Below are positions 37,125-48,300 of a DNA stretch of 64,000 nucleotides, piece by piece. Origin of the DNA: Spirosoma sp. (GTDB taxonomy: Bacteria; Bacteroidota; Bacteroidia; Cytophagales; Spirosomataceae); NCBI GenBank assembly GCA_031425355.1, contig JANPJE010000145.1, positions 5,671 to 69,670 on the forward strand, read 5' to 3'. A program made the position numbers and the translations under genes. The notes under the pieces were generated by a model. It was not told where the DNA came from. It worked only from the letters and a program-made list of their open reading frames with translations, and made no database searches. The stretch's first letter is position 1, and the number at the start of each line of letters is the position of its first letter.

Positions 37125-38228
37125 TTATGTGATGGCTCTGTACAAATCAAGTGTCTCATCAACAGCACGTTTCCATGAGAATAGCGATAAGCGTTCATAA
37201 CCGTTGAGAACTAACGTTTTCCGTAATTCAGAGTCAATTAATAACTGCTCCACAGCGTGGGCCATAGACTCTGGCGAATGGGGGTCCATATAGAAAGCTG
37301 CTTCACCGGCTACTTCAGGAAGTGAACTTACATTACTTACAATACAAGGACATCCACAAGAGAAAGCTTCCAGTACTGGTATGCCAAAACCTTCATATAA
37401 AGAGGGAAACACAAATGCAACAGCATTTTGATAGAGAGTTGATAATATTTGGTCATTGATAGCAAGTTGTTCAACGTATCCATCGACGTTAAGAGAACGA
37501 ACAAATTCTCTCTCATTTTTTGTAAATTGCCCTCCCCCAGCACATAATAGACGTATCTTATACTTATGCAGTAATGGATGAATAGCTGCTAAAAACCCAC
37601 TAAAATTTTTATACATGCTACGATTGCCTACGAATAACAGATAGGGAATAGCAGCGAACTCCTCAACTAATTCGCGTGGCTTTGTTACTAACGAGCTCCC
37701 CAAATAAATTACCTCAATTTTAGACGGATTAATATTTAGTAGTTCAACTAAGTCATTCTTTGTACTTTCAGATATAGCAATGATTCGTTCAGCGCGATCA
37801 GCCATCAGGCGCTTGTGCTTTGTGATTACTCCATCGTAGACCAACTCACTATATTGAGATCCGAATTTTTCATGGATCATATCCAAAAAAGTGATCACGA
37901 AAGGACGGCCTTTTAAATAAGGTATAAAATATGGGTCATAGTAAGTTGCATGAAACACATCGTATGATTTTTGATACAGCTTACCAATAGTATAAAATTC
38001 ATTTAAGAGACAAATGGTCTGAAGTTTTTTAGGAATCTTTGTATCAGCAAAATAAGACTTTGTCGGTATACCCATTTCACGTAGGTGAACATTATTCGAA
38101 ACAAGAAGGGGTAGATAAGCATCGTTATCAGCAGTGGAGTTAATACCAGTAATTAATTCTGCATAATAGCGCGATATGCCCCCGTATGTCTGTTGAGAAA
38201 ATGTTTGATGGTCAAAAAATATCTTCAT
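37125..38228 (-). CDS. GT4 glycosyltransferase (mannosyltransferase-like)
   Basis: [41 protein letters not shown]. Confidence 0.92.
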   Translation of the reverse strand: MKIFFDHQTFSQQTYGGISRYYAELITGINSTADNDAYLPLLVSNNVHLREMGIPTKSYFADTKIPKKLQTICLLNEFYTIGKLYQKSYDVFHATYYDPYFIPYLKGRPFVITFLDMIHEKFGSQYSELVYDGVITKHKRLMADRAERIIAISESTKNDLVELLNINPSKIEVIYLGSSLVTKPRELVEEFAAIPYLLFVGNRSMYKNFSGFLAAIHPLLHKYKIRLLCAGGGQFTKNEREFVRSLNVDGYVEQLAINDQILSTLYQNAVAFVFPSLYEGFGIPVLEAFSCGCPCIVSNVSSLPEVAGEAAFYMDPHSPESMAHAVEQLLIDSELRKTLVLNGYERLSLFSWKRAVDETLDLYRAIT

Positions 38229-38249
38229 ATAAGTTCAATAAATACCATC

Positions 38250-39059
38250 TTAGCTGTCCCGGTTTAACAAAAAATTATTATTTATATTGCTTTGAATAAG
38301 TGAATAATCTTTATGCAAAAGCGTTGGTCTCTCTCCTATAATTTTATTATATAAGCGTGCTAAACGTGGATTTGTAATCGTTTTGAATAAGCGATTATTA
38401 ATTGTTTTTCTACTAAACAGGTGAATATTGTATTCATTCCAACAATAATTCAAATTAAAACGGTTTGCTAAAGCCTGTAACGATGCTCGGCTGTATAAGG
38501 CTATATGCTGACCAGTTTCAGGTGTAAAATACCACCACGATTCCGGAGTAATTTTTGCTGACGGTTGTACCTCCGTGGAGAATAGAATGGTATCGCTAAA
38601 CTCCAGCATTTTCTCAAGTTCTTCAACAGGGTTGGTTAAATGTTCAAATACCTCAAAAGCAGTCAATAGTTCAGCTTTAAAAGGAGGTACATCCGTAACA
38701 TCAAACGACTTCGCATACAAATTGTCGCAATAAATATCCTGGCGATAATAATCAAAACCCCGATCACGCATCATTCGAACAAGCATGCCATAACCCCCGC
38801 CATAATCAATAAATCGCCCGTTTGAGTTAGTCCATTTATTAATGACAGCCTGTACTAGAGGAACTATAAACTCGTTACGCACAATTAAGCCTATATCTAA
38901 TTTAGTTATGGCAGAATCATAGGCTTCACTTAGCCAGTAAGGAGACTCCGTAAAAATAAACTGGCAACGGCTACATCTATAATACTGAACGTCGTATTTG
39001 CCAAGTAATTGGGCTGAACAATATGGAGAGGCCCCGGATTTACAAATCGAACATGTCAT
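38250..39059 (-). CDS. Class I SAM-dependent methyltransferase with an N-terminal CxxC...CxxC motif
   Basis: CSIC..CSRC, DYGGGYG, TAFEVFEH, ETGQHIALY. Confidence 0.85.
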   Translation of the reverse strand: MTCSICKSGASPYCSAQLLGKYDVQYYRCSRCQFIFTESPYWLSEAYDSAITKLDIGLIVRNEFIVPLVQAVINKWTNSNGRFIDYGGGYGMLVRMMRDRGFDYYRQDIYCDNLYAKSFDVTDVPPFKAELLTAFEVFEHLTNPVEELEKMLEFSDTILFSTEVQPSAKITPESWWYFTPETGQHIALYSRASLQALANRFNLNYCWNEYNIHLFSRKTINNRLFKTITNPRLARLYNKIIGERPTLLHKDYSLIQSNINNNFLLNRDS

Positions 39060-39076
39060 TAGGATTTCATAGGGGT

Positions 39077-40441
39077 TTATTTATTCCAAATTCCTTTAGC
39101 TGTGTTTGAAATTAATTTATTCGCTTGTAATGCACTAAAAACGGATCCGATCAATAAAGACACGCCCGTTGCTAAAATCACGCCCGCACTACCCATATGT
39201 AGGGTTCGGCCAAATAATATCGCCAAAGGTACATTAATTAAGGCTGAAATTATGGAATAGTACAATTGTAGCCGGACTTTTCCTGATCCGTTTACTACAG
39301 CTATAGCAACACTGTTCCAACAACTAATAACCACAAAAATACCCATGCATACATTGAGCATATGGGGTACAATTACCCGGTTTCCAATCCAGGCAGAGTA
39401 GATCGGGTCAGCTATGAGAATCATCAGTATTACTATTGTAACTAATCCCAACCATAGTCTTCGTAGGTAATTATATGTCCTGTTCATCCAAACTGTATCG
39501 TTTTTTACGAATGCTTCGGTAAAAGCAGACCAATAGGGTGTTATCGCAATAGCAAATAGTGTATTAATCGCATTAAAATACCGGAAAGCTACGTTATACG
39601 TAGTCACTTCGGATGGACCGAATAATTGGGTAATAATGAGATTATCTGTATAGAAAACCAGAATGACTGCCATTTGAATGATAAAAAACTTGTACCCAAG
39701 TGATAACAAGCTTCCGGCGTATTTCAGATTAACCAATCGAAACGTAGGGCGATATAGCCTAAGCCGATTCTGATATAAAACAATTCCACTAATGAGTAAA
39801 ACAAGGATAGGACTAAGTGCGGTTACGGCTGCTAAATAAACCAGATTAGCATCTGTGTAGCGAGTTAATGTATACGTGCCAATGAGAATCAGCGCATTGG
39901 ACAGGAATGTTATTAAGCCGGGCAGACTGGGTTCCTGAAGGGCGAATAGAATGTATGATAAAACGTCGAGTACTAACTTAATTGCCATCGCAATGACTGT
40001 TAGCAATACAACCGTTTGCAACTGATGAATATCAAGTTGGGTATTGAATATGCGTTGCCAAGGAATATACCAGACAACAAGCAGAAAAACACCAATAAGT
40101 GATAGTTGAATCGCGCTAAATATCGCATATGACGTACTGACATAGGCGCGGGCAAGGGTTGTGTCCTGATTGGCAACAGCTTCTGAAAATTTGTTTCGTA
40201 GGCCATTTCCAACACCTATGTCCATGAATGTCAGCATCGTAACGATTGAACTGATCGTTAACCAAGTGCCGTAGGTATCTTTAGAGAGATAGTCGATGGT
40301 TAAGGGCACCAGCAACAGCGAGATTAGCATCCCTCCACCCTTGATTACTAACCCCAAAGCCGTATTTAACTGCGCTTTTCGGGTGCGAGGATGGGCATTT
40401 CGGATGCGCCCGCGAATATAATCAAGTGCTACTGTTTTCAT
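39077..40441 (-). CDS. Polysaccharide flippase Wzx (MOP/MATE superfamily)
   Basis: YGTWLTISS, DIGVGNGLRN, TDNLIITQLFG; ~12 TM segments. Confidence 0.88.
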   Translation of the reverse strand: MKTVALDYIRGRIRNAHPRTRKAQLNTALGLVIKGGGMLISLLLVPLTIDYLSKDTYGTWLTISSIVTMLTFMDIGVGNGLRNKFSEAVANQDTTLARAYVSTSYAIFSAIQLSLIGVFLLVVWYIPWQRIFNTQLDIHQLQTVVLLTVIAMAIKLVLDVLSYILFALQEPSLPGLITFLSNALILIGTYTLTRYTDANLVYLAAVTALSPILVLLISGIVLYQNRLRLYRPTFRLVNLKYAGSLLSLGYKFFIIQMAVILVFYTDNLIITQLFGPSEVTTYNVAFRYFNAINTLFAIAITPYWSAFTEAFVKNDTVWMNRTYNYLRRLWLGLVTIVILMILIADPIYSAWIGNRVIVPHMLNVCMGIFVVISCWNSVAIAVVNGSGKVRLQLYYSIISALINVPLAILFGRTLHMGSAGVILATGVSLLIGSVFSALQANKLISNTAKGIWNK

Positions 40442-40447
40442 AATGAA

Positions 40448-41413
40448 TTAGCCAGTCTTACCCTGCATCCGTTGCTCCACCATTAGCCGGGCTACATTCT
40501 CCATTGTGTGGTTTGCTTTCCAACCTAACTCAAGTTGGGCTTTAGCCGGGTTAGCATGGCCTTCGGCAATATCCGTCGGCCGGAAAAACGACAGATCAGT
40601 GCGAACGTGTTCTTCCCAATTAAGGCCAACTGTATCGAACACTATTTTGATAAAATCGCTGAGTTTGTTTGTTTGGCCTGTAGCAATCACGTAATCGTCA
40701 GGTACATCCTGCTGAAGCATTCGCCACATGGCTTCTACATAATCGGGCGCCCATCCCCAATCACGAGCGATGTCAATATTACCCAGCGTTAAGGTTTCAA
40801 TACTTCCATTGGCAATTCGGCAGGCGGATGCTACAATTTTTTGAGTAACAAATCGCTCAGGGCGGAGGGGTGATTCATGATTAAATAAAATACCGGTACT
40901 GGCCTGAATCTGGTAGGCTTCGCGGTAGTTGGCTACTTGCCAAAAAGCGGCTGCTTTGGCTACACCATAAGGACTGCGAGGCCGAAAAGGCGTCATCTCA
41001 TCAGCAGCTAAACGGCCCGTATCACCAAAGCATTCGCTGGAACCGGCATTGTAAAATTTTATAGGCAGATTACTAAAACGGATTGCTTCAAGCAGATTTA
41101 ACGTGCCGATACTTATACTTTCAAGGGTTTCAACGGGTTGCTCAAACGATAAACCTACAGAACTCTGTCCGGCGAGATTATAAACCTCGTCCGGCTTGAC
41201 TTTCAAGATGGTTTGCAATACACTTCTAAAGTCATTGATACTCAAGGAAACTGTTTCCACACTGCTCCTAATCCCCAGCCGGTGCAAATTGCTAAATGAG
41301 GCCATTTGCGCATCCCGGGAGCCACCGTAGACTTCATAGCCTTTGTCAAGCAGCAATTTAGCTAAGTAAGCCCCGTCCTGCCCTGAAATACCACAGATCA
41401 ATGCTTTGTTCAT
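40448..41413 (-). CDS. gmd: GDP-mannose 4,6-dehydratase
   Basis: GISGQDGAYLA, YNLAGQSSV, SSECFG, SPYGVAK, GILFNHESPLR, RDWGWAPDYV. Confidence 0.88.
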   Translation of the reverse strand: MNKALICGISGQDGAYLAKLLLDKGYEVYGGSRDAQMASFSNLHRLGIRSSVETVSLSINDFRSVLQTILKVKPDEVYNLAGQSSVGLSFEQPVETLESISIGTLNLLEAIRFSNLPIKFYNAGSSECFGDTGRLAADEMTPFRPRSPYGVAKAAAFWQVANYREAYQIQASTGILFNHESPLRPERFVTQKIVASACRIANGSIETLTLGNIDIARDWGWAPDYVEAMWRMLQQDVPDDYVIATGQTNKLSDFIKIVFDTVGLNWEEHVRTDLSFFRPTDIAEGHANPAKAQLELGWKANHTMENVARLMVEQRMQGKTG

Positions 41414-42504
41414 GCTATATGCTGATATCTGTCAGTGAACCTTAAACGCCGATACAGCGCATACGCTAAACTAATCACCACACCAACAACACCAAACCCA
41501 AGCATAATGAGTGTGCGTTTAGGTCCACTTTTTCGCAATGGAACAGTAGGTGGTTCCAGCGTTTTAAATACTGGTGTTTCCTCTTGAACTTTTATCTTAG
41601 ATTGCTCCAATTGCTTGGATAGTTCATTGTATACAGATTGAGCAAGCATGTAATCTGCCTGAAGCCGTTGTTCGTCAATTTTAGCCGTATTTAAATACAA
41701 ACTTCGGTTACGATCCCGGTAACTGGATAACGCATATTCAGAAGATTGATAGTTGTTTTTTGCTTCACTTACGCGCTGGCTTAGAAACGCTACCTGCTTG
41801 CGGGCCTTCTCGGTGCGATAGGTGGTCACATAATTCGTCAGATACTCTAATGATAGACGAGCGACTGTAGCAGCAACGGCAGGATCCGGTTCAATAGCGG
41901 TAATGGTGAGAATTCCTGTCTTTTTATCATGTTCTGCCAAAGCACTTGTCTGTATCAGCTTTATTAATTCGTTCTGCTGTTTCGTTACCTGGATAGCTTT
42001 ACTAAAGTTTGTTGGATCTGGTTCTTCGTCTTTATCATCCCCGCCGGAAGGAAAAAGGTTACTTAACCAACCAACGAAACCAGTATTAGAAAACCGCTTG
42101 ATGAACTCCTCCAGCGTCATTTTAGCCCGTAGTTTTGTCGAATAAACGGGTTGTTTTAGTAGGTACAACGCAAAGGGAACGCTATGCAATACGTTCGGGT
42201 ATAGATCAGGGCGAATAGCATCCTGGCTATTTATGTTGTCAACATTTATACCCGCTAATCCAGCTAAGGAACCTAAATTACCCAACCCTGCACCCTTAGA
42301 CTGTAACTCAGGGAGTACAGTAACCTGGGTAGTGTACACGTTGGGTTTAGAAAAGGCATATAAAGCACCAAGACAAAGTCCAATTATAAAGGCCCAAATT
42401 ATGCGCCGGCGACTTTCTTTTAAAAACAGTATAATATCACTTAAACGAATCTCAATCTCGTCCTTATCAATCTCTCTTTCTTTTATAACTTCCGTAACTG
42501 ACAT
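41410..42504 (-). CDS. Wzz/GNVR-type chain-length determinant (polysaccharide co-polymerase, no kinase domain)
   Basis: Two TM helices, LGSLAGLAGIN, coiled coil, EPPTVPLRKSGPKR; no Walker A motif. Confidence 0.85.
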   Translation of the reverse strand: MSVTEVIKEREIDKDEIEIRLSDIILFLKESRRRIIWAFIIGLCLGALYAFSKPNVYTTQVTVLPELQSKGAGLGNLGSLAGLAGINVDNINSQDAIRPDLYPNVLHSVPFALYLLKQPVYSTKLRAKMTLEEFIKRFSNTGFVGWLSNLFPSGGDDKDEEPDPTNFSKAIQVTKQQNELIKLIQTSALAEHDKKTGILTITAIEPDPAVAATVARLSLEYLTNYVTTYRTEKARKQVAFLSQRVSEAKNNYQSSEYALSSYRDRNRSLYLNTAKIDEQRLQADYMLAQSVYNELSKQLEQSKIKVQEETPVFKTLEPPTVPLRKSGPKRTLIMLGFGVVGVVISLAYALYRRLRFTDRYQHIA

Positions 42505-42525
42505 AACAACGTGAGAAAGTGATTC

Positions 42526-44925
42526 TTATCGGAACAGAACATTAACAAGCGCAACCGTTACAGTGACTAATAAAGATAAAATACCTAATCGTTCTGTTGC
42601 ACTTAGTTTGGTAGAGTCTGTAGGTTTAAACGGTATAGTAACCGTTGACCCCGGCTCGACTCGAGGATGCGACGTAAAAAACAGGAATCGGTGCGTACGG
42701 TCTTTTCGACCATTCGGGTAACTCACATACGCTTTACGTTTTCGGGCATTCTCGGTATATCCCCCTGCGTCACTAATGTAATCGTCAAATTTGTAGTCTG
42801 TTTTATAACTCACGGATGATGGATTCAACACCGCTCCCTGAATCGTGATAACCTCGGACCTGCGAGGTACAAGCAACGTATCGCCATCCTGAAGCAGCAT
42901 ATTCTCTTCAATGCCCGGATTGCCCAGTAAATTACGAAGATCATTTCCGATTAAGTTTCCAGCTCTCCTGAATTGCGCTCCAGCCATAAACGCACCCGGT
43001 TTTAAGCCGCCTGCTCGTTGAATAATATCGGAAATGCGTTCCTGACGGTTGGCGATGGCATAGTTTCCAGGCTGCATAATCTCGCCAAGTACTGTTACAT
43101 GTCGCTGGGATTCATAGTTGACCGATGTACGTACATAGACAATATCAAAAGGTTGAAGCTGGAACTCGGCGGAACTACCTGAACTGCCTTTCAGCGCCGT
43201 AATCTGCAAGTCACGGTCAACTGCAAATTGAAATAGTTCGAGTACAGTCGTTCGAATACCCGCTGAGTCCTGGCGAATCCGGCGTGCCACTTCGATCAGG
43301 TTTGGTTTAGCTCCTTCCTGAAAGCCGCCAGCCCGCGTTATTAAATCGGGAACACTCAGATTTGTGGTAAATTGGATAGTGTCCGGATTATTGACAGCTC
43401 CCTGAATAGTTATATAATAGTTTTCACGCAAATCCCGGATCGATAATATTGTCAGGCTATCCTGCCGCATGAGTGGAATATCAGGTACTTCTCCCTTCAT
43501 GATCTTGCTTAAATCGAAGGACAGATTTTCATTGTCCATGTCTGGCCGCTCACGACTGATGCTTGCCCGATTCATAAATGCATCCTTACGGAGACCTTCT
43601 GCCCGGCTAATAAGTTGTCGAACCGTTTCTAATCCCGGCTCAAGTGAGTAATCACCGGGGCGCATAACAGCACCCGCAACCCGAACCCGGTTTTCATAGC
43701 GGTCCAGAATCTTCCCAACCTCATATTTATCACCCCGTTGTGGTAAAAAGCCAGCAATCTGCTCTTCCGTAATTGTTACGATTCGTCGTTCGCGGGCCGT
43801 ATTACGCCGTAGGGTGATAGATGCCCGATACGCATCATCGGCAAAACCACCAGCAAAGCCCATTACCGTTTTTAGTGTCTCACCGGGTAATACTTCGAAA
43901 ACTGCCGGTCGGCGTACCTGACCTGTCAGTTCTACATGCGTTTCGTAATCGGCTACGCGGATAACGTCCTGATCCTGTAAACGAATATTATCGCGCTGGT
44001 CGGCCCTAAGAATGAAATCGTATAAATCGACGGTACGAATAACCCGGTTGCCCCGGATAACATTTATTTTACGAAACGATCCTGTTTCAGGGTTAGGCCC
44101 ACCCGCCAGATAAAGCGCGTTGAAAGCTGACCCTAACGATGAGATTGTGTAGGTACCCGGACGGACAACCTCACCCACCAACGTAACGCGGATACTACGG
44201 ATGTTTGTTAAGGCTATTGTAGCACTTGTACCACTTCCCGGCCGACCCAAATCCTGAAAACCACCTTGCCGGAGCCGGCCAATGATTCGCTGCTCTGCTT
44301 GTTCTATTGTCAGCCCACTGACAAAAATCGGTGCCAGATTGGGTACTTTTACAGTCCCATCTGGACTAACTTTCAATTGAAACTCTCCACTGGACGCACC
44401 CGAGATATCGATCTTAATTTCATCATCCGGTCCAACTACATAACCACGGGGCGTAGCAATCCTTAAGTTTGGTTCAAATGACAAATTGGCATTCTCAAAC
44501 AGCGATGCGCCAAAAACCCTTGTTTTAGGAGTTTTATCTAAGCGAGCAGTCGATGGCAATGATGAGTCGACTGGGGCAGTAAGATCTTCGGGGAGTGTGC
44601 GCTCAGCGGAGCTTTTGGTTGTGGTCTGATTTTGAGGTCCTGTCGGCAGTGTACGTATCTGATTTATGCGTTTACGCATCTTTGCTATATCGTCGAGTGT
44701 ATAGCCCTGCGACATAGCTGCCTGTTCAATCTGCACTTCACTCATCCCACTGGCCTGTGCCTTTTTGTAAAAGTTCTGCACATCCTCATCGCTCAACTGA
44801 TCGACCCGGGAGCGAGGCTGCTGGGCCTTCGCCTGATACGACACTGTTAGAAGCAGCAATAGAAAAACAGCTTGATACGGTCGGATACGATGAATGAAGC
44901 GTAAAATTTTGTCCTTTGTAAACAT
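42526..44925 (-). CDS. Polysaccharide export protein with multiple SLBB domains (Wza/KpsD-like)
   Basis: YVVGPDDEI, VGEVVRPGTY, ALYLAGG, repeated G(A/Q)V..PG and AGG SLBB units. Start 44925 or 44931. Confidence 0.9.
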   Translation of the reverse strand: MFTKDKILRFIHRIRPYQAVFLLLLLTVSYQAKAQQPRSRVDQLSDEDVQNFYKKAQASGMSEVQIEQAAMSQGYTLDDIAKMRKRINQIRTLPTGPQNQTTTKSSAERTLPEDLTAPVDSSLPSTARLDKTPKTRVFGASLFENANLSFEPNLRIATPRGYVVGPDDEIKIDISGASSGEFQLKVSPDGTVKVPNLAPIFVSGLTIEQAEQRIIGRLRQGGFQDLGRPGSGTSATIALTNIRSIRVTLVGEVVRPGTYTISSLGSAFNALYLAGGPNPETGSFRKINVIRGNRVIRTVDLYDFILRADQRDNIRLQDQDVIRVADYETHVELTGQVRRPAVFEVLPGETLKTVMGFAGGFADDAYRASITLRRNTARERRIVTITEEQIAGFLPQRGDKYEVGKILDRYENRVRVAGAVMRPGDYSLEPGLETVRQLISRAEGLRKDAFMNRASISRERPDMDNENLSFDLSKIMKGEVPDIPLMRQDSLTILSIRDLRENYYITIQGAVNNPDTIQFTTNLSVPDLITRAGGFQEGAKPNLIEVARRIRQDSAGIRTTVLELFQFAVDRDLQITALKGSSGSSAEFQLQPFDIVYVRTSVNYESQRHVTVLGEIMQPGNYAIANRQERISDIIQRAGGLKPGAFMAGAQFRRAGNLIGNDLRNLLGNPGIEENMLLQDGDTLLVPRRSEVITIQGAVLNPSSVSYKTDYKFDDYISDAGGYTENARKRKAYVSYPNGRKDRTHRFLFFTSHPRVEPGSTVTIPFKPTDSTKLSATERLGILSLLVTVTVALVNVLFR

Positions 44926-44957
44926 GAACACTGGCGATTATGCCAAAAATTGAACTG

Positions 44958-44965
44958 CAAAAGTA
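44958..44965 (-). promoter_or_regulatory. Bacteroidota -7 promoter element for the polysaccharide operon
   Basis: TACTTTTG on the minus strand, ~30 nt upstream of the start, overlapping the imperfect palindrome caaaagtaatcattactttg. Confidence 0.5.
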
Positions 44966-45222
44966 ATCATTACTTTGAAAACACCATTCCCATACACTAA
45001 GGAGTCGTTGGTATTTCAGCATAGAGGCCGTTAGCTTCGGGGGTGATACTCACCTGTTAACCACTCAAAACGTGACAATTTGTCTTTAGAATAGGGTAAT
45101 GATGGCTATTGGGCCAAAAATTGACTTGTAAAAGCATTAAGATGATCCATGCAGCCTTATTTTCGTATAGTAAGGAATGCTTATCCATAAGACACTTGGG
45201 TTGTAGTCCGGCTGTAATGCAC

Positions 45223-45230
45223 TAAATTTG
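45223..45230 (+). promoter_or_regulatory. Bacteroidota -7 promoter element for secA
   Basis: TAAATTTG matches TAnnTTTG, ~95 nt upstream of the ATG. Confidence 0.5.
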
Positions 45231-45324
45231 CAGAAAAAATCAGTTGGTCGTCACCCAATAAGCCATTGTTTTTAACCAATCAGAACGGGTTTCTGATGAT
45301 TGACGATTAATCACTAAAGACAAC

Positions 45325-48300
45325 ATGATTAACCTCATAGCTAAACTTTTCGGGACCAAATCGCAACGGGACATCAAGGAACTGCTCCCCTACGTTGAGA
45401 TGGTAAATGCCGAGTTTATTCAATTAAAAGATTTGTCAAACGACGAGCTTCGTCGAGTGTCGATTGAGCTTAAAGCGCATATTGCCAGCGAATTAACCAC
45501 TATTGACACGCAACTTGCTGAACTCAATGAGCAGGCCAGCCATGCCGACGTGGATGTTAATCAGAAAGAGCAGATCTTTAATCAAATCGATAAACTCGAA
45601 GCGGACCGCAACACCGAACTGGAGCGTGTGCTACTCGATATTCTGCCCCGCGCCTTTGCAGTGATGAAAGAAACAGCCCGGCGGTTTACCGAGAACGAAC
45701 GGCTTACCGTTACAACTACTGACTTCGACCGCGAAATTGCTTCCCGCAAAAAGAATGTAATCATTGACGGCGAGCAAGCGCATTGGGCCAATACGTGGGA
45801 TGCTGCCGGATCGCCTATCAAGTGGGATATGGTGCATTATAATGTCCAGATTATTGGGGGCGTCGTTCTTCATCAGGGTAAAATCGCCGAGATGGCCACG
45901 GGTGAAGGCAAGACCCTTGTGGCTACCTTTCCAGCTTTCTTGAATGGCCTGGCCGGGCGGGGTGTTCACATCGTAACGGTCAATGACTACTTAGCCAAGC
46001 GTGACTCGGAATGGATGGCACCCTTGTTTGAGTTTCATGGGTTGCGTGTCGATTGCATTGATAAGCACCAGCCGAACTCCGAGCAACGCAAACACGCTTA
46101 TTTGGCCGATATCACGTACGGAACCAATAATGAATTTGGATTCGACTACCTGCGCGATAACATGGCCCGCGAAACGGGTGAACTGGTGCAGCGCAAACAC
46201 CATTATGCGATGGTAGATGAGGTTGACTCCGTGTTGATTGACGATGCCCGTACACCGCTGATAATCAGCGGTCCCGTGCCGCGTGGTGATGAGCAGGACT
46301 ACATTGAACTAAAACCCCGCATAGCCCGCTTAGTTGAAGCGCAGCGGAAATTAGTTTACGACTACCTGAATGACGCCAAACGGAAGATTGCGGCTGGCGA
46401 CGAAAAGGAAGGTGGCGTATCGCTGTTTCGCGCGTACCGGGGGTTGCCCAAGCACAAACCACTCATTAAGTTTTTAACGGAAACGGGAAATAAAGCCCTG
46501 CTCCAGAAAACGGAGTCGATCTATCTGGCCGAAAACCAGAAACTTATGCCCGAAGCCGATGCTCCGCTGTATTTTACGATCGACGAGCGGCATAACGGTA
46601 TCGACCTGACCGAGAAAGGTATTGATTACATTACCGGATCAGGAGAAGATCCGCACTTCTTTATTTTACCCGACCTGTCGATAGACCTAAACGTCATTGA
46701 CAAAAACGGTGAATTTTCAGAACAGGAAAAAATTCTGAATAAAGAAGCTGTCATTCGTGACTATGCCGTTAAAACGCAACGTATCAACACGGTTAACCAA
46801 TTACTGAAGGCCTACTGTCTATTTGAGCGCGATACCGAGTACGTGATTATGGACGGCAAGGTGAAGATCGTGGATGAGCAGACGGGCCGGATTATGGAAG
46901 GTCGCCGGTGGTCGGATGGATTGCACCAGGCCGTTGAAGCGAAGGAAAATGTAAAGGTCGAGGATGCCACGCAAACGTATGCCACCGTTACACTCCAGAA
47001 TTACTTCCGCATGTACCACAAGCGGGCGGGCATGACCGGAACGGCGGAAACCGAAGCCTCTGAATTCTGGCAGATTTATAAAATGGACGTAGTGGTTATT
47101 CCGACCAACCGGGCCATCAGCCGTGCCGACGAAGAAGACAAAGTCTACCGCTCAGTACGCGAAAAATACAACGCTGTGGTCGATGAGATCACCGAATTGG
47201 TCGAGAAAGGGCGTCCGGTGCTGGTTGGTACTACGTCGGTCGAAAACTCCGAGTTATTGAGCCGCCTGCTGGCACTCCGTAAGATTCAGCACCAGGTTTT
47301 GAACGCCAAATATCACCAGCGCGAGGCCGAAATTGTGGCTACAGCGGGTCTGCCCGGCAACGTTACCATTGCGACCAACATGGCTGGACGCGGTACGGAT
47401 ATTAAACTGACTCCCGAGTCCCGGTCGGCGGGGGGGCTGGCCATTATCGGTACAGAACGTCATGAATCGCGCCGGGTTGACCGGCAGTTACGCGGCCGGG
47501 CCGGACGTCAGGGCGACCCTGGTACGTCGCAGTTCTTTGTCTCGCTGGAAGATAGTCTGATGCGTCTGTTTGGGTCCGAGCGAATTGCGAAAGTAATGGA
47601 CCGGATGGGACTCGAAGAGGGCGAAGTGATTCAGCATTCGATGATTACGAAGTCCATCGAACGGGCACAGAAGAAAGTTGAAGAAAACAATTTCGGCATT
47701 CGGAAACGTCTGCTGGAATATGATGACGTAATGAACTACCAGCGCGAGGCCATTTACAAACGCCGTCGCAACGCTCTTTTTGGCGACCGTCTGCCGTTAG
47801 ACATTGCCAACACGATGTATGATGTAGTGGAAGAAACGGTCAATAACGCCGAAGGAAATTACGAAGAGATAAAACTCCAGCTTCTGACAACGCTCGGTGT
47901 CACGCCCGAATTGACCGCCGATGAGTTCAGTCATCTGAAAAAACCTGCTCAGGTAAGGCAGTTGTACGACGCAGCCGAAGCACACTATCAGGCTAAGAAC
48001 CACGCGATTGCCGAAAAAGCGCTACCTATTTTAACGCAGGTACTAACGGATCAGGGCCATCAGATTAAAAATATTGTGGTGCCCTTTTCAGATGGTTTGC
48101 ACGAGTTGACGGTGGTTTCTGATTTGCGCAAAGCCGTTGATTCAGGTGCGCGTGACATTGTGACAGAAATGGAAAAAGCCGTAACGCTGTCGGTGATTGA
48201 CCAGGAGTGGAAGGAACACCTTCGCGAAATGGACGATCTGAAGCAGTCGGTACAAAACGCTGTTTTCGAGCAGAAAGACCCGTTGCTGGTTTATAAATTT

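Noticed and set aside
44932-45324. Invertible promoter for the polysaccharide locus, as in Bacteroides
   Set aside because: No pair of long inverted repeats bracketing the promoter was seen, and there is no recombinase in the window.
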